A stretch of 64,000 bases of DNA from Methanothrix sp. (GTDB taxonomy: Archaea > Halobacteriota > Methanosarcinia > Methanotrichales > Methanotrichaceae), in NCBI GenBank assembly GCA_040770465.1, contig JAXGJB010000010.1, positions 1-64,000 of the forward strand, in the 5' to 3' direction. Each line of letters opens with the position of its first letter. Positions within the stretch are counted from its first letter, which is position 1. Shown piece after piece: positions 50,701 through 62,700 of this stretch. The notes below the pieces were generated by a model. That model made no database searches. It had not been told where the DNA came from and saw only the letters and a list, made by a program, of their open reading frames with translations. Made by a program: the position numbers and the translations under genes.

Positions 50701-53700
50701 GGACTCCGACCTATCTTACGTCAGCTCAAAGATCGACGGCTCATCCGACCCCGCCAACACGACCGTCATCGACTCCAACCACGTCATCTGGAACTTGGGG
50801 GATATGCCGCCCAAGATGCAGCGGGTCATCGAGATGAACGCCGTCCTGGTGGGCTGTGAGAACAGGATGAATCACGTCCAGGCGGTCTGGGGCTGTGGCG
50901 ATAGAGAGTGCCAGACCCCCGTCAGCGACACCTCCGTCGTGGAGCTGGTGGATGGAGAGCTTCTGATAGCAAGACACGATGCCGAGCCGATCGACGACTG
51001 CGGCGCAAACTCTTCTTTCATCATCGAGGTGAAGAACGGCGCTGGCCCCACCCTCTACAACGTCAGCATAACCGAGGAGCTTCCATCCGGCCTATTATAC
51101 GTCCCCGGGTCGTCTGTGGTAACCGGCGCGTCCACCACCTCGACGAACTTGTCGGGCGGGACCCTGGAGTGGAGGTTCGATCAGCCCGAGGGGTGGCCGG
51201 CGGGGTCAAGCGTCGTCATCACCTTCAACGTCACCATAAACTCCTCGGACCCCTGCGAGTTCACCGGCGGGAACTCAGTGGTCAAGGTTAACTACACCAC
51301 CCCCTGCGGCGCCTATGGACCCGAGATAGAAAGCGAGATCCTGGTGGAGGAGACCGACACCCACGTCAGCATCTCCAAGAGCCCGGAGCTGACCGTCGCC
51401 GAGCCGGGAATGATCGTCACCTGGACGATCCGGATCGAGAGCGACGGAGCTGACCCCGCAACGAACGTCACCCTCTTCGACATCCTGCCGAACAATACGG
51501 CTTACGATTCTGCCATTCCCGTTCCGAACAGCACCAGCCCCCTCCGGTGGGACTTTGGAACCCTTAACGTCGGAGACTCGCGGACGATCACCCTGAACGC
51601 CAGCGTCACCACCTGCACAGACGAGACCGAGAACAACGCCACCGTCTTCTGGGGCTGCTGCCCCAACGATATGGGGATGGAGACGGACATCGTGGCCTTG
51701 CGGACGCCGCCGGAGATCACCTTATCCAAGGATCACGACTACTTAGACACCTGCGGCGGAAACTTCACCATCACCATAAATAACACCGGCTCCACCGCCT
51801 ACACCCCCGAGGTGAAAGAGATCCTGCCGGTGGGTTTCGTCTACAAGGCGGGATCTGCCGTCGTCAGCAGCAACAACGCCAGCCACACCAGTCTCGTCAA
51901 CGAGCCGGCCTTCGACTATTCCGCTGTCAACAGGACGGTCATCTGGGACGGGTCGAACGTCGATCGGGTCTATCGAAACGAGACGATAACCATCACCTTC
52001 GGGGTGGAGAGCTGCCCCGCGTGCTGCAACGTCTCGGTCAAGCCGAACGAAAACTTCGTCTACTTCAACTACACCAACCGCTGCGGCAACTTCAGCTCAG
52101 TGAACTTCTCCCAATCGATCTCCCCGAAGCTGGCGGTCCTGGACGTCGAGAAGACGCCTTTCAACCAGACGGTGGGAGGCGAGGCCTCCTGGACGATCAC
52201 CCTCACGAATGTGGGCGACGGGATCGCCCGCAACGTGACGGTCCGGGATGTGGTCGGGGACGGCTTTTCCAACGTCGCCGTCATCGACGGCGATGTTACG
52301 GTGAATGGGTACACCATCATCGAATGGTCAAACCTCACCCTCGGGGTCGGAGGGTCGTGGGTCCGCACCATAACGGCGAAGCCCAAAGGATCCGGAAGCC
52401 TGGTGAACAACGTCTACGCCTTCGGAGCCTGCGAGAACGGATGCGTCTACAGCAGCGATGAGGATGCCGCCTACACCGCCCGGATAAACATAACCAAGGA
52501 TCCCGACGCCGTGGAGACGATTGGGGGGTTTGCGAACTTCACGATCTATGTGGAGTACTGGGGTGCCGGTGAGCAGTACAACAACACCAGGATCGTCGAT
52601 CTCCTCCCGGCCGGGCTCAAATATTACGATTACGAATGTCAGGATAGCGGGGGTTCGTGTGGAAATGCCAGCGTATCCGGAAATCCCCTGGTATGGGATC
52701 TGGGCAACTTCACCGGTGACCGACAGGTTCGGATCAATCTCAGCACCATCGTCGAGGACGTTTATGGAAACCAGAACGGGACGGTTCTGATAAACCGGGT
52801 CGAGTCATTCCACGAGGATGAGAACGGGACGATCTTCGACGATGGGGACGAGGCGAACGTGACGATCGTGGAGCCGGACCTTTCGATCAAAAAGTCCACT
52901 TCGGTTCCATCGGGAGTCGTCGTCGCCGGTGACGAGATAAGGTATACGATAAACGTATCTCACACCGATGCCAGCAGCTCGGATGCTTACGACCTGGTGA
53001 TAAACGATACGATCCCCGATGGGTTGGTCTTCGTTCCCGGATCGAATTCCTCAACCCTTTCGACATCATTTTCAAGGACAGGACAGAACCTGACCTGGAC
53101 CCTACCGAACCTCAACCTTGCGGGAACTAGCTACGTCGTCCTGACCTACAACGTGACTGTCGGGGCCGACGTGGTCTTGAACACCACTTTCATCAACAAC
53201 GCCACTGTCACCTGGACGAGCATTCCGGGTGAAAATTCCGACGAGAGGTTCGGCAACTGGACGGTCCTCGACGATTACAATCGGGGTGACGACTCGACCC
53301 TCAAGGTCGACAGCAACGTCACTGCGATAAAGCTTCCCGACGAGCTTCGTTACAGAACGATCGGCGAGCTTGTTAACTACACCATCGAGGTCGACCTTCC
53401 CAACGCCACCGCTCTGGACCTCTGGGTTAACGACACCCTTCCCGCTGGCCTGATCTACAACTCGACGAGCCTCGTCGTCAAAGACAGGAACGGCCTGGCC
53501 CTCACCCCGACTGAGTCGTTCAGCACCCCCAACGACGGAACGGCCACAGTTCAGATCAACTGGAGCTTCGGCGACTTTAACAACTCCGAGAACAAGGATA
53601 TCGTGATAGAGTTCGAGGCGATCGTGGCCAACGTCGACTTAAACCAGGCCGGATATACGATCGCAAACAACTCGGCCTCTTACAGCTGGTTCGACGGCAC

Positions 53701-56700
53701 CGGGACCCTCCACACCGGCTCTGACGAGTCGGGTAAAGTCGAGATCGAAGAACCCGTCCTGACTATCGATAAAACCTTCAGTCCCGGCGGCCCGTTCAGC
53801 GCCGGCGACCTGATCATGTTCACGCTCAACGTGACCAACACCGACCCGAGCCAGAGGCCGGCTTACGACATCGTCGTCAACGACACCATACCACCAGGCC
53901 TGAACTACGTCAACTCTTCGAGTTCGGGAGCCTACCGTCCCTCCAACCGCACGATCACCTGGTCGATTCCAACCCTCGACCTCGACGCCTCGATCGAGCT
54001 GACATACAACGTCACCGTCGACCAGAACGTCGTCGGCAGCTCGACCCTTGTCAACACCGCTTCCGTAACCTGGACCAGCACCCCCGGCTCGAACCCGAAC
54101 GAACGTAACGGCACCGGCACCGGTCCTAACGACTACTTCGACAACGACTCGGCTCCGGTCACCGTCCAGAACGCCACCACGGTGATCAAGCTTCCCGACG
54201 AGCTTCGTTACAGAACGATCGGCGAGCTTGTTAACTACACCATCGAGGTCGACCTTCCCAACGCCACCGTCCTCGACCTCTGGGTCAACGACACTCTGCC
54301 TAGAGGCCTGATCTACAACTCGACGAGCCTCGTCGTCAAAGACACTAACGGCCTCGCCATATTCCCGGTCGAGACCGTCAGCACCCCCAACAACGGGTTG
54401 GACGTCGTCTTCATCAACTGGAGCTTCGGCACCTTCGACAACTCGGCCAACCGCGACCTCGTCATAACCTTCGACACCATCGTCGCCAACGTCCTCCTAA
54501 ACCAGAATGGAACGACCCTCGACAACAACTCGGCTTCATACAGCTGGACTGACAACTCGAGCACCCTCCATTCAGGGACCGACGAGTCAGGTAAAGTCGA
54601 GATCGAAGAACCCGTCCTGACCATCGATAAAACCTTCAGTCCCGGCGGCCCGTTCAGCGCCGGCGACCTGATCATGTTCACGATCAACGTGACTAACACC
54701 GACCCGAGCCAGAGGCCGGCTTACGACATCGTCGTCAACGACACCATACCTCCAGGCCTGAACTACGTCAACTCTTCGAGTTCGGGGATGTACAGCTCTG
54801 GCAACCGGACGATCACCTGGTCGATTCCAACCCTCGACCTCGACGCCTCGATCGAGCTGACATACAACGTCACCGTCGACCAGAACGTCGTCGGCAGCTC
54901 GACCCTTGTCAACAACGTTTCAGTAACCTGGACCAGCACCCCCGGCTCGAACCCGAACGAACGTAACGGCACCGGCACCGGTCCTAACGACTACTTCGAC
55001 AACGACTCGGCTCCGGTCACCGTCCAGAACGCCACCACAGTGATCAAGCTTCCCGACGAGCTTCGTTACAGAACGATCGGCGAGCTTGTTAACTACACCA
55101 TCGAGGTCGACCTTCCCAACGCCACCGTCCTCGACCTCTGGGTCAACGACACTCTGCCTAGAGGCCTGATCTACAACTCGACGAGCCTCGTCGTCAAAGA
55201 CACTAACGGCCTCGCCATATTCCCGGTCGAGACCGTCAGCACCCCCAACAACGGGTTGGACGTCGTCTTCATCAACTGGAGCTTCGGCACCTTCGACAAC
55301 TCGGCCAACCGCGACCTCGTCATAACCTTCGACACCATCGTCGCCAACGTCCTCCTAAACCAGAATGGAACGACCCTCGACAACAACTCGGCTTCATACA
55401 GCTGGACTGACAACTCGAGCATCCTCCATTCGGGGACCGACGAGTCAGGTAAAGTCGAGATCGAAGAACCCGTCCTGACCATCGATAAAACCTTCAGTCC
55501 CGGCGGCCCGTTCAGCGCCGGCGACCTGATCATGTTCACGCTCAACGTGACCAACACCGACCCGAGCCAGAGGCCGGCTTACGACATCGTCGTCAACGAC
55601 ACCATACCACCAGGCCTGAACTACGTCAACTCTTCGAGTTCGGGAGCCTACCGTCCCTCCAACCGCACGGTCGTCTGGTCGATTCCAACCCTCGACCTCG
55701 ACGCCTCGATCGAGCTGACATACAACGTCACCGTCGACCAGAACGTCGTCGGCAGCTCGACCCTTGTCAACACCGCTTCCGTAACCTGGACCAGCACCCC
55801 TGGCTCGAACCCGAACGAACGTAACGGCACCGGCACCGGCCCTAACGACTACTTCGACAACGACTCGGCTCCGGTCACCGTCCAGAACGCCACCACAGTG
55901 ATCAAGCTTCCCGACGAGCTTCGTTACAGAACGATCGGCGAGCTTGTTAACTACACCATCGAGGTCGACCTTCCCAACGCCACCGTCCTCGACCTCTGGG
56001 TCAACGACACTCTGCCTAGAGGCCTGATCTACAACTCGACGAGCCTCGTCGTCAAAGACACTAACGGCCTCGCCATATTCCCGGTCGAGACCGTCAGCAC
56101 CCCCAACAACGGGTTGGACGTCGTCTTCATCAACTGGAGCTTCGGCACCTTCGACAACTCGGCCAACCGCGACCTCGTCATAACCTTCGACACCATCGTC
56201 GCCAACGTCCTCCTAAACCAGAATGGAACGACCCTCGACAACAACTCGGCTTCATACAGCTGGACTGACAACTCGAGCATCCTCCATTCGGGGACCGACG
56301 AGTCAGGTAAAGTCGAGATCGAAGAACCCGTCCTGACCATCGATAAAACCTTCAGTCCCGGCGGCCCGTTCAGCGCCGGCGACCTGATCATGTTCACGCT
56401 CAACGTGACCAACACCGACCCGAGCCAGAGGCCGGCTTACGACATCGTCGTCAACGACACCATACCACCAGGCCTGAACTACGTCAACTCTTCGAGTTCG
56501 GGAGCCTACCGTCCCTCCAACCGCACGATCACCTGGTCGATTCCAACCCTCGACCTCGACGCCTCGATCGAGCTGACATACAACGTCACCGTCGACCAGA
56601 ACGTCGTCGGCAGCTCGACCCTTGTCAACACCGCTTCCGTAACCTGGACCAGCACCCCCGGCTCGAACCCGAACGAACGTAACGGCACCGGCACCGGTCC

Positions 56701-59700
56701 TAACGACTACTTCGACAACGACTCGGCTCCGGTCACCGTCCAGAACGCCACCACGGTGATCAAGCTTCCCGACGAGCTTCGTTACAGAACGATCGGCGAG
56801 CTTGTTAACTACACCATCGAGGTCGACCTTCCCAACGCCACCGTCCTCGACCTCTGGGTCAACGACACTCTGCCTAGAGGCCTGATCTACAACTCGACGA
56901 GCCTCGTCGTCAAAGACACTAACGGCCTCGCCATATTCCCGGTCGAGACCGTCAGCACCCCCAACAACGGGTTGGACGTCGTCTTCATCAACTGGAGCTT
57001 CGGCACCTTCGACAACTCGGCCAACCGCGACCTCGTCATAACCTTCGACACCATCGTCGCCAACGTCCTCCTAAACCAGAATGGAACGACCCTCGACAAC
57101 AACTCGGCTTCATACAGCTGGACTGACAACTCGAGCATCCTCCATTCGGGGACCGACGAGTCAGGTAAAGTCGAGATCGAAGAACCCGTCCTGACCATCG
57201 ATAAAACCTTCAGTCCCGGCGGCCCGTTCAGCGCCGGCGACCTGATCATGTTCACGCTCAACGTGACCAACACCGACCCGAGCCAGAGGCCGGCTTACGA
57301 CATCGTCGTCAACGACACCATACCACCAGGCCTGAACTACGTCAACTCTTCGAGTTCGGGAGCCTACCGTCCCTCCAACCGCACGATCACCTGGTCGATT
57401 CCAACCCTCGACCTCGACGCCTCGATCGAGCTGACATACAACGTCACCGTCGACCAGAACGTCGTCGGCAGCTCGACCCTTGTCAACACCGCTTCCGTAA
57501 CCTGGACCAGCACCCCCGGCTCGAACCCGAACGAACGTAACGGCACCGGCACCGGTCCTAACGACTACTTCGACAACGACTCGGCTCCGGTCACCGTCCA
57601 GAACGCCACCACGGTGATCAAGCTTCCCGACGAGCTTCGTTACAGAACGATCGGCGAGCTTGTTAACTACACCATCGAGGTCGACCTTCCCAACGCCACC
57701 GTCCTCGACCTCTGGGTCAACGACACTCTGCCTAGAGGCCTGATCTACAACTCGACGAGCCTCGTCGTCAAAGACACTAACGGCCTCGCCATATTCCCGG
57801 TCGAGACCGTCAGCACCCCCAACAACGGGTTGGACGTCGTCTTCATCAACTGGAGCTTCGGCACCTTCGACAACTCGGCCAACCGCGACCTTGTCATAAC
57901 CTTCGATTCCATCGTCGCCAACGTCCTCCTAAACCAGAATGGAACGACCCTCGACAACAACTCGGCTTCATACAGCTGGACTGACAACTCGAGCATCCTC
58001 CATTCGGGGACCGACGAGTCAGGTAAAGTCGAGATCGAAGAACCCGTCCTGACCATCGATAAAACCTTCAGTCCCGGCGGCCCGTTCAGCGCCGGCGACC
58101 TGATCATGTTCACGCTCAACGTGACCAACACCGACCCGAGCCAGAGGCCGGCTTACGACATCGTCGTCAACGACACCATACCACCAGGCCTGAACTACGT
58201 CAACTCTTCGAGTTCGGGAGCCTACCGTCCCTCCAACCGCACGATCATCTGGTCGATTCCAACCCTCGACCTCGACGACTGGGTTGTTGTCACCTACAAC
58301 GCGACTCTAGATTCCGGCGAGATAACGAGCTTGACGTTATTTAATGGAGCAGAAGTCACCTGGACGAGCACCCCTGGGCCCAACGAAAATGAACGCTATG
58401 GCAACTGGACTGTGCTGAATGATTACAATGACACTAGCAGAGTCGTCTTTGATATCGAACCTGCCTCTCTTGGCGACTTCGTCTGGCTCGACATCAACGG
58501 TGATGGCATCCAGGACTCGGGCGAACCCGGCGTCGCCAACGTGACCGTCCACCTCTACAACTCGACGGGCTCGATCATAGGCACTACCACTACCAACTCC
58601 ACGGGCTACTATAGCTTCACCGACCTCGTCCCCGGCAACTACTCGGTCGATTTCGTCCTTCCGTCCGGCTACAGCTTCAGCCCTCGTGACCAGGGCTCCG
58701 ACGACGGTCTCGACAGCGACGCCAACACCACGACCGGCAGAACCGTCGACACTACCCTCGACTCGGGCGAGAACGACCCGACCTGGGACGCTGGGATCTA
58801 CTTACCTGCCTCTCTTGGCGACTTCGTCTGGCTTGACACCGACGCTGACGGGATCCAGGACTCGAGCGAACCGGGCGTCGACAACGTGACTGTCCACCTC
58901 TACAACTCTACGGGCTCGATCATAGGCACGACCTCGACCAACTCCACGGGCTACTACAGCTTCACCAACCTCGTCCCCGGCAACTACTCGGTCGATTTCG
59001 TCCTTCCGTCCGGCTACAATTTCAGCCCCCAGGACCAGGGCGGTGATGACGGTCTTGACAGCGACGCCGACGTTACGACCGGAAGAACGGTCAACACGAC
59101 CCTCGACTCGGGCGAGAACGACCCGACCTGGGACGCCGGCATCTACGTACCTGCCGCTCTTGGCGACTTCGTCTGGCTTGACATCAACGGTGATGGCATC
59201 CAGGACTCGGGCGAACCGGGCGTCGAGAACGTGACTGTCCACCTCTACAACTCGACGGGCGATTGGATCGGCACGACCACTACCAACGGCACTGGCTACT
59301 ACAGCTTCACCAACCTCGTCCCCGGCAACTACTCTGTCAGCTTCGACCTGCCTTCGGGCTACAATTTCAGCCCCCAGGACCAGGGCGGTGATGACGGAAT
59401 GGACAGCGACGCCAACGTTACGACCGGAAGAACGATCGATACCACCCTCGCCTCAGGCGAGAACGATCCGACATGGGACGCCGGGCTCCTCCTTCCAGCC
59501 TCCATCGGGGTGGAGAAGACCGTAGACATTCCGGAGGGGTCGACCAGCACCAGGGTGAACTTCACTATCGTGGTCACCAACACCGGCAATGCCACTCTTG
59601 ATCCCGTAGTGGCGACCGACACTTTGCCCTTCGGCCTCGACGACCCGGCAGCCAGCGTCGATGGCTCGGTCTCTGGGAACGTCGTGACCTGGAACCTAGG

Positions 59701-62700
59701 CGAGATGAAGTCCGGTGACTCTAGGACCGTTTGGCTAGAGGCCCACATCAACGGTTCTGCCTTCGACAACCTGACTAACCTGGTCGAGGTGGAGGGGAAG
59801 CCCGAATACGGCAATAACGTCACCGACAACGACTCGGTGAACGTGACCGCGGTCGATGCCGATATCGATATTGAGAAAAGCGCTAACGTAACTTCTGGAT
59901 CTCTGAGCACCAGAGTCAACTTCACATTGGTGGTCACAAACACCGGTAACGCCACTTTGGATCCGGTGATCGTCACCGACACGTTGCCCATCGGCCTCGA
60001 CGAGCCGGTCGCAAGCAGTGGAGGTTTTGTCTCGGGGAACGTTGCGACCTGGAACCTGGGCGGGATGAGCGGCGGCGAAACCAGGACCCTCTGGCTTGAG
60101 GCCCACATCAACGGCTCGTGGATCGGAAACCTCACGAACTCCGCTCACGTCGAGGGCAAACCCGAGCACGGCTACAACGTAACCGACGACGCCTCGGTGA
60201 ACGTGACCGCCGTCGACGCCTCGATCCGCCTCGATAAGACCTCCAACGTCTCTTCGGGATCTCTGAGCACCAGAGTCAACTTCACATTGGTGGTCACAAA
60301 CACCGGTAACGCCACTTTGGATCCGGTGGTCGTCACCGACACATTGCCCATCGGCCTCGACGAGCCGGTCGCAAGCAGTGGAGGTTTTGTCTCGGGGAAC
60401 GTTGCGACCTGGAACCTTGGCGGGATGAGCGGCGGCGAAACCAGGACCCTCTGGCTTGAGGCCCACATCAACGGTTCGAGGATCGGCAACCTGACGAACT
60501 TCGCCCGGGTCGAGGGGAAGCCCGAGAAAGGAGACAACGTCACCGACGACGACTCGGTGAACGTGACCGCCGTCGACGCCTCGATCCGTCTTGATAAGAC
60601 CTCCAACGTCTCTTCTGGATCTCTGAGCACCAGAGTCAACTTCACATTGGTGGTCACAAACACCGGTAACGCCACTTTGGATCCGGTGATCGTCACCGAC
60701 ACATTGCCCATCGGCCTCGACGAGCCGGTCGCAAGCAGTGGAGGTTTTGTCTCGGGGAACGTTGCGACCTGGAACCTGGGCGGGATGAGCGGCGGCGAAA
60801 CCAGGACACTCTGGCTAGAGGCCCACATCAACGGCTCGAAGTTCGGAAACCTGACGAACTTCGCCCGGGTCGAGGGGAAGCCCGAGCACGGCAACAACGT
60901 CACCGACGACGACTCGGTGAACGTGACCGCCGTCGACGCCTCGATCCGTCTTGATAAGACCACCAACGTCTCTTCGGGATCTCCGAGCACCAGAGTCAAC
61001 TTCACATTGGTGGTCACAAACACCGGTAACGCCACTTTGGATCCGGTGATCGTCACCGACACGTTGCCCATCGGCCTCGACGAGCCGGTCGCAAGCTCAG
61101 GAGGTTTTGTCTCGGGGAACGTTGCGACCTGGAACCTGGGAGAGATGAGCGGCGGCGAAACCAGGACCCTCTGGCTTGAGGCCCACATCAACGGCTCGAA
61201 GTTCGGAAACCTGACGAACTTCGCCCGGGTCGAGGGGAAGCCCGAGCACGGCAACAACGTCACCGACGACGACTCGGTGAACGTGACCGCCGTCTATGCC
61301 CGCATAACTGTACACAAAGTCGTGGACATACCCGTGGGGGAGGTCGGCACCAACGTGACCTTCACCATCTTCGTCAACAACACCGCGAAAGCTATCCTCG
61401 ATCCGGTCGTCGTGACTGATAGCCTGCCTCACGGCCTCGAATACGTCAGCTCGACTCCACCGGGAGCCCGGTCAGGAAACACCGTCGTCTGGAACCTGGG
61501 CACTATGACTCCCGGTGAAATGAAGATCATCTCTCTCGTAGCTCGCATCAACGGCTCGGCCTTCGGCAACCTGACGAACCTGGTCGAGGTGGAGGGGAAG
61601 CCTGAACACGGAGACAACGTCACCGACAACGACACAGAGAACGTCACCGCCCTGGGTGCAGAGATCGACGTCGAAAAGACTGTTGACATCCCCGTGGGCT
61701 CCGCCAGCACCAGGGTGAACTTCACGATCCTGGTCAACAACACGGGAAAGGTCGCGCTTGACCCTGTCCTGGTGGCCGATACTCTGCCAGACGGCCTCGA
61801 CGAACCCGCCCCGAGCGATGGAGGCTCTGTCTTTGGAAACACCGTCACCTGGAACCTGGGCAGACTGAACGTCGGCGACGCGAGAACCATTTACCTTCAG
61901 GCTCACATCAACGGCTCGAAGTTCGACAACCTCACAAACTATGTTGAAGTTGAAGGCGACCCCGAGTTCGGCGACAATGTCACCGACAACGACACTGTGA
62001 ACGTCACCGCCCTGGAGGCGAAGATCGACGTCGAGAAGACCGTGAACATATCCGTGGGATCTGCCAGCACCAGGGTGAACTTCACGATCGTGGTCACCAA
62101 CACCGGTTCTGCCGATCTGGATCCCGTGGTCGTCACCGACACCCTTCCCTTCGGCCTCGATAACGCGACCTCACCATCCGGAGGAAACGAATCTGGAGGC
62201 GTCGTCACCTGGAACCTCGGAAGGCTTCACGTCGGCGACGTGAGGACCGTTTACCTTGAGGCCCACATCAACGGCGCCAAGACCGGCAACCTCACTAACC
62301 TGGTGGAGGTAGAAGGCCAACCCGAACACGGGAACAATGTGACCGATAACGATACCGAGAACGTGACGGCCCTGGAGGCAACGATCGATGTCAACAAGAC
62401 CGCGGACAGATCTGTGGCCAAGAACGGGACCGTCGTCAATTTCACCATAGTCGTCACCAACGCCGGCGTTGCCGATCTGGACCCTGTGGTCGTCACCGAC
62501 ACACTGCCAACCTGCTTCGAATACCTCAGCTCGACCTTCAACGGCAGCGAATCCGGCGGCGTCGTCACCTGGAACCTGGGCAGGCTCAACTCCAGCGATT
62601 CGAGGATCATCGCGCTCTCGGCGATGGTCAACTGTTCAGGGGCCGGGGTTGTGACCAACCTGGTGGAGGTTGAAGGTGAGCCGGAACATGGCGACAACGT

